Below, one piece after another: positions 7,992 through 17,484 of a stretch of DNA of 64,000 nucleotides. Under the pieces are notes generated by a model, which saw only the letters and a list, made by a program, of their open reading frames with translations, was not told the DNA's origin and did not search any database. The position numbers and the translations under genes were made by a program. This DNA comes from Acidobacteriota bacterium. Lineage in GTDB: Bacteria; Acidobacteriota; UBA890; WLXD01. Location of the stretch: assembly GCA_965248695.1 (NCBI GenBank), contig CBDFKD010000002.1:1120001-1184000 (forward strand), written 5' to 3'. The first letter of the stretch is position 1. Every line of letters begins with the position of its first letter.

Positions 7992-8978
7992 GTGTCGCTG
8001 TGGATCTTCGTCGGGGGGAGCCAGCACGTTCCGCTCGGCGGACTGGCCCTCGAGGCCGAGTGGGGCGCCCCGGGTTCGCAGCCCGGGCAGATGGACCATC
8101 CCATGGGCGTGGCGCTGGGCCCGGACGGTCGTGTCTACGTCGCCGATACCGGAAACGAGCGCATTCAGATCTTCACGTCAGACGGGCGAGTGCTGGGAAA
8201 CTGGCCGCTGGGGAGCGGAGCACGACCGGTGGCACTGGCCGTGCGCGCCGACGACGCGATTCTGGTTGCCGATTACACCGGCGACCAGGTCCTTGTCGTT
8301 GATCAGCGCGGCCAGGTGGTGCAACGCTGGGGCGGCACCGGGTCCGCGCCTGGCAGCTTTCGGGGGCCGAGCGGGCTGGCGCTGACACCTCGAGGCGCCG
8401 TGATCGTGGTCGAGTTCATGGGGCAGAGGGTGCAGGAGCTCGATGCAGAGGGCCACTTCCTGCGCTTCATCGATGGTGGTCACCCGGCGTCAGCGCACGT
8501 CGGAAAGCGGCAGGCCGCCGAGTCGAGCGATGATTCTCGAATGACCATGGGCGCGGCGCTCGGCAACCCCCATGGGCTATTCGTGTTTCCCTCCGACGTC
8601 GCGGCGGCGGCCGACGGCACGCTCTACGTCACCAACACACATGCCTACGAGGTGCTGGTGCTCGAGGCCGGCGGCGCGTTGCGCCGCTCCTGGGGGGCCA
8701 AGGGACATGGTCACGGCGACTGGGAGGTCCCGGTCGGTATCTCGGTGGACGAATCCGGCAATGTCTACGTTGCCGACAGCGCCAACTTCCGAGTCCAGGC
8801 GCTCACCCCTGACGGACGCCCGTTGCTCAGCTCGCGAGCGAGCGAGCGCTGGTATCGGACAACGCGGCGCGTCTACTCGCCGACCGACGTGGCCATCGGG
8901 CCGGATGGTCGCCTATTCGTTGCTGATTTCGCGGCCTCGAAGATTCAGGTGTTCCGCCTCGAGCTCGAGCGCCGGTGA
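7992..8978 (+). CDS. NHL-repeat beta-propeller protein
   Basis: Repeated P.GVA..PDG.VYVADTGN.RIQ.F units; true start uncertain (frame open from 7935). Confidence 0.85.
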   Translation: MSLWIFVGGSQHVPLGGLALEAEWGAPGSQPGQMDHPMGVALGPDGRVYVADTGNERIQIFTSDGRVLGNWPLGSGARPVALAVRADDAILVADYTGDQVLVVDQRGQVVQRWGGTGSAPGSFRGPSGLALTPRGAVIVVEFMGQRVQELDAEGHFLRFIDGGHPASAHVGKRQAAESSDDSRMTMGAALGNPHGLFVFPSDVAAAADGTLYVTNTHAYEVLVLEAGGALRRSWGAKGHGHGDWEVPVGISVDESGNVYVADSANFRVQALTPDGRPLLSSRASERWYRTTRRVYSPTDVAIGPDGRLFVADFAASKIQVFRLELERR

Positions 8979-9168
8979 GCGGTTCGGATGCCAGCGGCAG
9001 TGCGATCAGCAACAATACAGACAACCGGCTCATATACCGTCCCTCCTGTTGTCGAACGTACATGACGATGCGGTCAGATCGCGGTATCGTGTCCAGTTGA
9101 CTCGCCGACAGGCCGCGAGTGACGATGCTTGCTTGCTCGGAACAGCATATCGAGCAACAACCCAGAGA

Positions 9169-10488
9169 ATGGCCATGCCAACGTATGCGCGCCCAGCCGG
9201 CTTCCGCCTGGGTACGGTGATCCTGGTTCTCATCGTGACGGCGGCCTGCGCCGTGTCTTCCGGTGACCCGGGCGACGCCAGCGCCTCGAGTGACGCGGTC
9301 ACGGTACTCGACGCGCCAAGATCGCTGACTCCCCCGACGGTCCTGCCGGGAAGCGGTGAAGCGAACCTTTTCGCCGTCGGCGAGCAGCTACACATGAGCT
9401 GGCTGGAGCCAGGACCCGACGACGCGTGGGCGCTGCGCTTTGCCACCTTGGGCGGCGAGACTTGGTCGGAGCCACGCACGGTGGCTAGCAGCAAGGGCTT
9501 CTTCGTCAACTGGGCCGACTTTCCCTCGATGATCGCTACGACGGATGGGACGCTGGTGGCCCACTGGCTCGAGCGCAGCGGACCGGGTACCTACGCCTAC
9601 GACGTCCGCCTGAGCCGTTCGATCGATGCGGGGGCGACCTGGTCGGATTCGTTCCTGCCGCATGAAGACGGCACCCAGACCGAGCACGGCTTCGTGTCCC
9701 TGGTACCGGAGCCTGACGGTGGTTTCAGCGCCGTCTGGCTCGACGGACGCAACTTCGCCTCGTCGGGCGGCGGGCACGGAGCTCCGGGGCCCGGCGCCGA
9801 AATGACGTTGCGATCGCGCCGCTACAGCGACAAGGGAGAGCCGCACCCGGAGCAACTGCTCGATTCCCGCATCTGCGACTGCTGTCAGACGTCGGCAGCC
9901 TATGTCGGGGACACGCTCATGGTTGCCTATCGCGACCGATCCTCCGACGAGGTGCGTGACATATCGGTGGTCGGCCGCGGTGCGAACGGCTGGAGCGATC
10001 CGGTCGCCGTTGGCGACGACCAATGGATGATTCCTGGCTGTCCCGTCAACGGGCCGGTGGTGGCAGCGAGCGGCGATCTGGCCGCGGTCGCCTGGTTCGG
10101 CCTGGTGGACGGCACGCCGGAAGTGAAGGTCACGTTCACGAGTGACCGCGGGACGAGCTTCGATACGCCGGTGTTGATCGAACGCGGCACGACGGAAGCC
10201 GCCACGCTCGGCCGCGTCGATCTGGAGTGGATCGACGCCGGCACCGTCCTGGTCTCGTGGCTCACCAGCGTCGGCCCGGAGGGAGAGATCCGCTATCGAA
10301 CGGTCGACGTCGGCGGAGCCGCAGGGCCCGTGAGCGTCCTCGCGAATACCAGCCCGAGCCGATCCAGCGGTTTCCCACGCATGGCGCGCGTCGGTGACCG
10401 CGTGGTTTTCGTATGGAGGCTGCCGGACGAGCCGGCGACGCTTGAGATGGCAGCGATTCCGCTGCGCGCGCCCAACACCGGCGACTGA
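9169..10488 (+). CDS. BNR/Asp-box (sialidase-like) beta-propeller protein, probably lipoprotein, with Cys motifs
   Basis: Hydrophobic leader ending TAAC, VNWADFPS, SIDAGATWS and SDRGTSF Asp-boxes, ICDCCQT, GCPVNGP, SGFPRM. Confidence 0.8.
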   Translation: MAMPTYARPAGFRLGTVILVLIVTAACAVSSGDPGDASASSDAVTVLDAPRSLTPPTVLPGSGEANLFAVGEQLHMSWLEPGPDDAWALRFATLGGETWSEPRTVASSKGFFVNWADFPSMIATTDGTLVAHWLERSGPGTYAYDVRLSRSIDAGATWSDSFLPHEDGTQTEHGFVSLVPEPDGGFSAVWLDGRNFASSGGGHGAPGPGAEMTLRSRRYSDKGEPHPEQLLDSRICDCCQTSAAYVGDTLMVAYRDRSSDEVRDISVVGRGANGWSDPVAVGDDQWMIPGCPVNGPVVAASGDLAAVAWFGLVDGTPEVKVTFTSDRGTSFDTPVLIERGTTEAATLGRVDLEWIDAGTVLVSWLTSVGPEGEIRYRTVDVGGAAGPVSVLANTSPSRSSGFPRMARVGDRVVFVWRLPDEPATLEMAAIPLRAPNTGD

Positions 10489-10506
10489 CCCAGAGCGGCG
10501 GAAGAT

Positions 10507-10887
10507 ATGTTCCGACTGTTGATTGTGGGCGCCATCGTGCTGGCACCGCTCGCTAGCGCGGCGACGCCGTGCACCATGGGTGCGCCCGACGACCCCGACC
10601 GTCCGATGCAGGCGCATCCGGGCCTGCACCTGATGCCTGGCATGAGCCACGTCAGTACCGACCCCGTCCCCGGCGCCTCGTTGGACAGTGCCGACCCGGC
10701 AACGACGGACGATGACAGGGGGCACGCAGTGTCCGGGGCCTGCGCAGACGAGTGCGCCACCCACTTCCAGGTTCCATCGGTGGGCGTGGCCCGGCCTGTG
10801 TCTGTGAGCACCGCTAGGGCTTCGCTGGCATCGGCGGCGGCGCCGAGTGCGCCGGCCGCCGCAATCGAGCACGTGCCGCTCGGTTAG
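10507..10887 (+). CDS. Small exported His/Met/Cys-rich protein (possible metal-binding leader ORF)
   Basis: Signal-like N-terminus, MQAHPGLHLMPGMSH, CADECATH, ends AAIEHVPLG; lies between two metal-related genes on the same strand. Confidence 0.6.
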   Translation: MFRLLIVGAIVLAPLASAATPCTMGAPDDPDRPMQAHPGLHLMPGMSHVSTDPVPGASLDSADPATTDDDRGHAVSGACADECATHFQVPSVGVARPVSVSTARASLASAAAPSAPAAAIEHVPLG

Positions 10888-11065
10888 ACCCTGGCTTCCC
10901 ACAGCCCGCTGCGAATGGCCCACAGGCGCCGCCTGAGTCGGTGCCATCCCGCGGCCACCTGACCTGTTCCGTGCCGATACCAAGCGGCGCCCGTGTCTGC
11001 GCCCGCCGGCGGATCCGTTTCCACGCCGCCGATTCCATCGCCATCGGCGCGGAACGAAGACGAGT

Positions 11066-12523
11066 ATGGAAATGAACGAACACAACCGTCGATTGTTCAT
11101 CAAGGGCGGGGCGCTCTCCGCTGCTGGAGTGCTCTCCGCCCACCAAGCGCTCGGGAAACCCGAGAACCCCGCAGCGCTGAGCGCGAGCGAACGGGCGGAC
11201 TCTCTCGGCCCAGCGCACGCCTATGACCGCGAGCTTTCCGGGACGGTGCAGACCCCCGACGTGGCCAAGCTGCCGTTCACGCGCGACGGCGACGTCAAGG
11301 TGTTCCACCTCGTCGCCGAAGTGTGTCAGCGATCGTTCCTTCCGGGCTGGCGTTTCGATACCTGGGGCTACAACGGCTCGACCCCGGGACCGACGATCGA
11401 GGTCGAAGAGGGCGATCGGGTGCGCTTCGTGGTCGAGAATCGGCTGCCCGAGATCACCTCGATGCACTGGCACGGTCTCGAGGTGCCGATCGACATGGAC
11501 GGCGTGCCGGGCGTCACCCAAGACCCGATCGCTCCCGGCGAGACCTTCGTCTACGAGTTCCAGCTGCACCAGCACGGCACGTTCTTCTATCACTCGCACA
11601 TGGCGATGCAGGAGATGATGGGGATGGTCGGGTTGTTCATCGTCCATCCACGCGAGCCCTACACGCCTGCGGTCGACCGGGACTTCGGTTTTGTGCTGCA
11701 GGAGTGGTCCGTCCTGCCCGACAACACCGTGCCGAACTCGCTGGCCATGGAGTTCAACTGGCTGACGCTCAATGGTCGATCCGGCCCTCACACCACACCG
11801 CTGATCGTGCGGCGCGGCGACCGGGTGCGGCTGCGGTTCGTGAACCTGGGGATGGATCACCACCCGATGCACCTGCACGGCCACACGTGGGTGACGACCG
11901 GGACCGAGGGCGGGCGCGTTCCGGAGGCCGCGTGGACGCCTGGAAACACCGAGCTGGTCGGGGTGGCGCAGGCACGCGACGTGGAGTTCGTCGCTAACAA
12001 TCCGGGCGACTGGATGCTCCACTGCCACCTACCGCACCACATGATGAACCACATGGCGTCGATGGTCGGTCCGATGTCGCCGATGGAGGGCATGGGCGCC
12101 GGCGGTGAGATGGACGCCGGGTCAGGGGTCGCCAGCGGAGCCGCACTCTCGGACGACAACGGCCCGTCGATGGGCCGTGCAATCGGCCTTGCCGCCATGC
12201 GGAAGCGAGCAGTTACCAACCTGCCGATGGCCAGCCGCTCGCCGCAGGATCAGACCGCCGGGCAGCCTGCCGCCGCCGTGCAGCATCACGCTGCCGCCGA
12301 CGCGCGCACGGTCCCCGGTTTTCCGCAGGACCATTTCATGGCGATGGACGCGGGCGTTGCCAAGCCGGAGACTCACGGCATGCGGCCGACGTGGTCCGGC
12401 GGGGTCATGGGCATGATGACCATCCTCCGCGTGCTCGACGGGGAGCTGTACGACGAGGTACAGGAGCTGCGAGCGACCGCCGATCACGCCGCCGAAACGG
12501 CGCCGGGTGGAGGGGCACGATGA
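11066..12523 (+). CDS. Tat-exported two-domain multicopper oxidase with Met-rich C-terminus
   Basis: NRRLFIK Tat motif; HWHG, YHSH, HPMHLHGH, HCHLPHHM copper motifs. Confidence 0.92.
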   Translation: MEMNEHNRRLFIKGGALSAAGVLSAHQALGKPENPAALSASERADSLGPAHAYDRELSGTVQTPDVAKLPFTRDGDVKVFHLVAEVCQRSFLPGWRFDTWGYNGSTPGPTIEVEEGDRVRFVVENRLPEITSMHWHGLEVPIDMDGVPGVTQDPIAPGETFVYEFQLHQHGTFFYHSHMAMQEMMGMVGLFIVHPREPYTPAVDRDFGFVLQEWSVLPDNTVPNSLAMEFNWLTLNGRSGPHTTPLIVRRGDRVRLRFVNLGMDHHPMHLHGHTWVTTGTEGGRVPEAAWTPGNTELVGVAQARDVEFVANNPGDWMLHCHLPHHMMNHMASMVGPMSPMEGMGAGGEMDAGSGVASGAALSDDNGPSMGRAIGLAAMRKRAVTNLPMASRSPQDQTAGQPAAAVQHHAAADARTVPGFPQDHFMAMDAGVAKPETHGMRPTWSGGVMGMMTILRVLDGELYDEVQELRATADHAAETAPGGGAR

Positions 12524-13926
12524 GCCGCTCGAAGCCAGGCATCGGTACGTCGGTCGCGTTCGCACTCATCGTTCTGGGCTCGACGGTGAGCTCGGTAGCT
12601 GCCCAGGGGAGTGCTCGAACCGATCCGGGGTCGCTCCGTCCGCTGACCCGCGAAGCCAGCACGCTTGAACAGGTCGAGGACAGCGCTCTCGACCTGGGGC
12701 GGCTCGAGGCTCTGGCGCTCGCCAACAACCCCACCCTGATTCAAGCTGCGTCCGGTGTCGACGCTGCTACCGGGCATCGCGATCAGGCAGGTCGCCATCC
12801 CAACCCTCACCTGGTGGTAGCTGGTGAAGAGCTGTCGTTCGGTCGATTCGGCGATGGGAGTCAATACGCACTGGTGATCGAGCAACCGCTGCTGATCGGC
12901 GGCAAGCGTCGCTCCCGCACGGCGCTCGCGGCACGTGCTGAAGACCAAGCGCGCATCGAGGCTGGCGCTCAGCGCCAAAGGGTGCTCACGCACGTACGGC
13001 AGCTCTTTTATCGTGTATTGGCGGCCGTCGAGCTGGTCGGGCTCCGCACGCAACTGGTTGAGGTCGCGGATGAAGCGGTGGAGATCACGAACCAACTGGT
13101 CAACGTGGGCGCGGCGGCATTGCCGGACTCCCTGGAGGCCCGGATCGTGGCTCGGCGCGCCGGGTTGGATCTGTCCAGGGCGCGGATCGACCTGGTTGCT
13201 GCGCGGCGGCAGCTCGCGGCGGTCGTGAGTGTACCTTCCGTAGTGGCGGTGCGGCTCGTGGGTTCGCTTTCCGAGGTCCCCGACCTGAACCACGATGCGG
13301 TCCTGGCAGATCTCTATGATCGCAGTCCCGAGCTCGATTTCTCGCGTGCCGAGCTGTCACGTGCAGAGGCCCTGATCCTCAACGCCCGGGCCGAGGGCAA
13401 GTCCGACCTGTCGCTGATGGCGGGTGTCGGCTGGAACGCCGATCGGTTCGAGGTGGATCTCGCGCGGCGCGGCTGGCAGGGCACGCTTGGCGTGAAGCTC
13501 GAGCTGCCGGTATTTGACCGCAATCAGGGCGAGATCGTTGCGGCGCTGGCCTTCAAGGAGGTCGCTATCGCCGCCCTGCGGCGCATCGAGCTGTCGATCG
13601 GTTCACGCCTGGCGAGGGTGTACGCCGAGTATGCCGGCGCCCGCGACGTGGTCCAGATCTACGAGGACGAGATTGTCCCGGCGGCCGAGGAAGCTCATGC
13701 GCTGTATCGAGCAAGCTATGAACGGATGGCGGCTTCGTATCCGCAGGTGTTGCTCGCCGAACGCAGCGTGCTCGAAGCCCGGGCCGCGCGTATCCAGGGG
13801 CTGGATGAGATGTGGCGCGCGGCGGTGACGATGCAGGGACTGCTGCTGACCGACGGGCTCTCCCAGCCCGGAACGATCGTCGAGCCGTCGATGTCGACGC
13901 CCGCGGGCGTCGGTCACGAGCAGTGA
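12520..13926 (+). CDS. TolC-family (CzcC/CusC-like) outer membrane efflux protein
   Basis: ALANNPTL, HPNP, LELPVFDRNQGEI; ATGA overlap with the oxidase stop. Confidence 0.88.
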   Translation: MSRSKPGIGTSVAFALIVLGSTVSSVAAQGSARTDPGSLRPLTREASTLEQVEDSALDLGRLEALALANNPTLIQAASGVDAATGHRDQAGRHPNPHLVVAGEELSFGRFGDGSQYALVIEQPLLIGGKRRSRTALAARAEDQARIEAGAQRQRVLTHVRQLFYRVLAAVELVGLRTQLVEVADEAVEITNQLVNVGAAALPDSLEARIVARRAGLDLSRARIDLVAARRQLAAVVSVPSVVAVRLVGSLSEVPDLNHDAVLADLYDRSPELDFSRAELSRAEALILNARAEGKSDLSLMAGVGWNADRFEVDLARRGWQGTLGVKLELPVFDRNQGEIVAALAFKEVAIAALRRIELSIGSRLARVYAEYAGARDVVQIYEDEIVPAAEEAHALYRASYERMAASYPQVLLAERSVLEARAARIQGLDEMWRAAVTMQGLLLTDGLSQPGTIVEPSMSTPAGVGHEQ

Positions 13927-14651
13927 GCGTCGGCGCAGCGATCGGCGCGATTGCCCGGTCGGTCGTGTCGAAGGGTCTCCTGGCCACGTTCCGCCTTTGC
14001 GTCGGTAGCCTGCTGTACCGCGTGTCTCCGCCCCTGTTCCTGCGCTATCGCGACACGCTCATGGATCGGGAGGATCGGAGGTTCGATCGAAAGCACGGGA
14101 CGATGACCTCACGCGCCTCGGTACTGACCGCCGGTGGGGAGCCCGTTCGCCGCGGCACTGGGTACCACCCGGCAGCGGAAGCGGAGTTCCGCGAGATGCT
14201 GACGCGGTTGCCGATCCGATACGAGGAGCACACGTTCGTCGATATCGGTGCGGGCGTTGGCAAGACCCTTCTCATGGCATCGGAGTGGCCTTTCCACCGC
14301 ATCGTCGGTGTCGAGCTCGGAGACCGACTGGTTTCGGTGGCGCGCGACAACATTGCCGCGTACCGGAGCTCGCGGCAGAAGTGTCACGACATCAGCGTTA
14401 TGCACGCTGACGCGCTCGAGTACGAGCTGCCGACGGACCCGACGGTCCTTTTTCTGTTCAACCCTTTCGGAGGATTGACGATGGGCCGGTTCGTGGATCG
14501 CGTCCGATTACAGCGGTCCGCGGCCGGCCAGCTCCACGTGATCTACTACAATCCGCAGCATCCGGAACACTTCGCTGCCGACGCTTTCGCCCCGGTGGCG
14601 TGCGGACTCGGGCTGCAGGGACGGTACCGGATCTACCGCTGGGTAGGCTGA
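13923..14651 (+). CDS. Class I SAM-dependent methyltransferase
   Basis: FVDIGAGVGK motif I, IVGVEL, LFLFNPF, IYYNP; GTGA overlap with the TolC stop. Confidence 0.85.
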   Translation: MSVGAAIGAIARSVVSKGLLATFRLCVGSLLYRVSPPLFLRYRDTLMDREDRRFDRKHGTMTSRASVLTAGGEPVRRGTGYHPAAEAEFREMLTRLPIRYEEHTFVDIGAGVGKTLLMASEWPFHRIVGVELGDRLVSVARDNIAAYRSSRQKCHDISVMHADALEYELPTDPTVLFLFNPFGGLTMGRFVDRVRLQRSAAGQLHVIYYNPQHPEHFAADAFAPVACGLGLQGRYRIYRWVG

Positions 14652-14654
14652 TGC

Positions 14655-15944
14655 TCAGGCGACGGCGCCGCGATCCTGCGGCTTGTATCCGGCTTCCGGG
14701 AAGATCGACTTCGCGTCGGGGCTCCCGGCGCGCTTCGTCAGCACCTCGGTGACGATGTCGCGGTAGTCGATGGTGATCTTCAGGTCCTGGCGGTCGTACA
14801 GCTGCGGTCGGTTCAGCCCCGGCCACTCGGTCAGCACCCGGCCGCCGGCGATGCTACCGCCGAGAGCGAGCATCAGGCTGCCGTGGCCGTGGTCTGTGCC
14901 GCGGCTGCCGTTCTCGAACGCGTTGCGTCCGAACTCCGTCATGCACAGCACCGCGACGTCGGGGCGCTTGCTAGCCCAGAGATCCTTGTGGAAGGCGGCC
15001 ACGGTGCGGGACAGGTCGCGCATGAGGCGCTCCATCCACCCGCCGACATTGCCCTGTTCCTCGTGCGTGTCCCAGCCGTCGAGATCGATGGCAATGGCCT
15101 CGACGCCGATGTCTGCCTTGATCAGCGCGGCGGTCGATTTCATCGCGTAGCCGAAGTCGGAATCCGGGTACCGTGCTCTGCCCTTCGGTTTGTAGCCGTC
15201 GAAGTCGATCGTCTTGAGCAGGTCGATTGTCCTGGAGGTGTTCTGGGTAGCGGTCTTGAGCGGATCGGTGAAGGGCTCGTACATCGCCTCGATTGCCTTC
15301 TTGCGCTCACGCGCGGAGCGTCCTTCGAGCCCGTAGTCCGCCAGATCGCCGATCGGCAATGCCTTGTCGCCCCCGACCAGAGTGCGTTGCAAGCCGTAGC
15401 CGATTCCAACGCCGCGCAGCACGCCGCTCGCCAGCGTCGGTGCCGTCGCCTGCAGGTGGCGGCCGAGCCACCCGGTGAACGTGGTCGCCGGCGGATTGCC
15501 CTGGCCGACCTCCATGAAGTGCATCGCTTCGAAGTGGGAGCGCGTGGGGTTCTCCAGACCGCAGGCATGAACAACCAGCAGGTCGCCGTTGTCGTAGGCG
15601 TCCATCAATGGGGTCATCGGCTGCGAGAAGCCGAAGTTATCGTCGAGCGCAACAGCGCGCTCAGCGTCGCCGCTGTCGGGAGGCGCGACGGCCAGGGTCG
15701 GGCGCTTGTCGTAGTAGTAGCTCTCGTTGAACGGCACGCACATGCTGAGCGAGTCGACGCCGCCGCGCAGGAAGAGAGACACGACTACGTCACGGTCACC
15801 GACGTGTGAATCGGCGAACGCCACCCGCGGGACCCACGCTGGCATGGCCGCTGCGATGGCCAGGCTTCCTGACACGCGCATGAAATCGCGACGCGAAGCC
15901 TGCCGGTACTCGGCACAGCCGCATTCACTCGGACGTCGGCTCAT
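14655..15944 (-). CDS. DUF1501 family Tat-exported protein (copy 1)
   Basis: SRRDFM, LFLRGGVDSL, RSHF, GWDTH, TEFGR, GTDHG. Confidence 0.9.
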   Translation of the reverse strand: MSRRPSECGCAEYRQASRRDFMRVSGSLAIAAAMPAWVPRVAFADSHVGDRDVVVSLFLRGGVDSLSMCVPFNESYYYDKRPTLAVAPPDSGDAERAVALDDNFGFSQPMTPLMDAYDNGDLLVVHACGLENPTRSHFEAMHFMEVGQGNPPATTFTGWLGRHLQATAPTLASGVLRGVGIGYGLQRTLVGGDKALPIGDLADYGLEGRSARERKKAIEAMYEPFTDPLKTATQNTSRTIDLLKTIDFDGYKPKGRARYPDSDFGYAMKSTAALIKADIGVEAIAIDLDGWDTHEEQGNVGGWMERLMRDLSRTVAAFHKDLWASKRPDVAVLCMTEFGRNAFENGSRGTDHGHGSLMLALGGSIAGGRVLTEWPGLNRPQLYDRQDLKITIDYRDIVTEVLTKRAGSPDAKSIFPEAGYKPQDRGAVA

Positions 15945-15945
15945 C

Positions 15946-17484
15946 TCAGTACTCCTGGAATTCCGGCGAGGTGAGCACCAGACCGATCACTTCGCGCACG
16001 CGCCTGCGGGTCAGGCGGCCCTTGCCCAGATAGCCCTCGATGACGTCGCGCGTCGTATCCGTCATCGTCCCGGTGAGGAGCACGACGTTGAGCCGCTCCA
16101 CGATCTTCGACACCGGCCCGGCAGGGTCGTCGACGGCCGCGTCGACGGTCGTCTCGAAATCCTCGTCGAACAGGTTGGCAGCGAAATTCCAGCGCGGCAA
16201 TACGAACCCCGACCAGTACTCGGCGCTGTCGGGGTAGCCGTTGGGCGGCGTCCACGCGAAGAGCTCGTGACCCGCATCCGCCAGGTGGTCGAGCACTCCG
16301 AACGGGTTGCCGACGTCGGCTCCCAGCGCTCGCAGCGACGAAACCGCCAGATGGAATGGACGCTTCAGCTTCGGGGACGCGGTCTGCATACGCGTCTCCG
16401 ATAGCGCCGCGCGCACCATCGATCGGATGTTGCCGCCGGTCTGCTGGAACACCCGCTTGACCTTTCGGACCGCGGGCGCCGTGGGCTCGTAGCCCCATAG
16501 GTAGCGCAGCAGCTTGGTGGCGATGAACTCGGCCGTCTCCTTGCGCTTCACGAGGATCTCGAGCACGCGCTCGCCGTCCTCGATCCCTCCTCCTGCCGGG
16601 ATCGTGCGGCCCAGCACCTTCTTGGTGCCGGTATCGTGGGTGAACCTCGAGAATCGAAAGTCGCCGATCTTCCCCAGACCGCGGTACGGATCGTTCCAGG
16701 TCCAACCGGTGACGCAACGCGCCACTTCCTTGACGTCCGTCTCGGTATAGCCGTTGTCGGCGCCCATAGTGTGAAGCTCCATGAGCTCACGGGCGTAGTT
16801 CTCATTCGGGAACGCCTTGTCGTTGCTGTCGTTGGTCAGGTAGATCAGCATCGACGCGCTGTGGGCGCTCGCCGAGAGCAGCTCGGGGAACGTCCCGAGC
16901 GCGTGCGCGCGAACCACATCTCGATTGTCGACCGGCTTCAGCATGTACTGGTAGTCGCCAAAAACGTCGATGCTGAAGTGGTCCGACCAGAAGATCGTCA
17001 ACCGCTCGAACAGCTGTCGCGGGCTATAGAGAGCGCGGTAGACGGTCGCTACCCAGAGCTCGAGGATCGGGATGAACGGGTTGTCGTCGTAGTTGGAGTA
17101 AAGCAGCTGCGGCGACATGGAGAGGGTCGGCAGCGCCTCGTTGAGCGCATCCTCGAGCTCGGTATCGTCGAGCGACTCGAAGTTCAGCTGCTCGTTGAGC
17201 CAGGCGCTGTAGCCTATCGACTCGATCCGGGCGTAGTCTGCCGCGTTCGGGCCCATCGTGGCTCGCCGCAGCAGCGTACGCTCGACTTCTCGAACCGATT
17301 TCGGATCGCGGTCGGCGGCGCGTCTCGCTGCCGTGGCAACGTGCCCGATCTCGGCGTGCACCGATCTCGGGACACGGATCGGGTAGCTGCGTGATCGTGC
17401 GAGGTGCGAAAAACGCGGTCGCTCCAGGCCTTCTTGAGCCGCGCCGAAGAACCTCCCGGACACGAGCCGTTGCGAAACGGACAT
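15946..17484 (-). CDS. DUF1800 family protein (copy 1)
   Basis: FWSDHF, PNENYARELMELHTMG, YTETDVKEVAR, PPNGY, SPEFQ. Confidence 0.9.
   Translation of the reverse strand: MSVSQRLVSGRFFGAAQEGLERPRFSHLARSRSYPIRVPRSVHAEIGHVATAARRAADRDPKSVREVERTLLRRATMGPNAADYARIESIGYSAWLNEQLNFESLDDTELEDALNEALPTLSMSPQLLYSNYDDNPFIPILELWVATVYRALYSPRQLFERLTIFWSDHFSIDVFGDYQYMLKPVDNRDVVRAHALGTFPELLSASAHSASMLIYLTNDSNDKAFPNENYARELMELHTMGADNGYTETDVKEVARCVTGWTWNDPYRGLGKIGDFRFSRFTHDTGTKKVLGRTIPAGGGIEDGERVLEILVKRKETAEFIATKLLRYLWGYEPTAPAVRKVKRVFQQTGGNIRSMVRAALSETRMQTASPKLKRPFHLAVSSLRALGADVGNPFGVLDHLADAGHELFAWTPPNGYPDSAEYWSGFVLPRWNFAANLFDEDFETTVDAAVDDPAGPVSKIVERLNVVLLTGTMTDTTRDVIEGYLGKGRLTRRRVREVIGLVLTSPEFQEY

Noticed and set aside
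5802-8978. Classical mer operon or mercury transposon
   Set aside because: No merA, merT, merB or merD, no transposase and no terminal inverted repeats seen.
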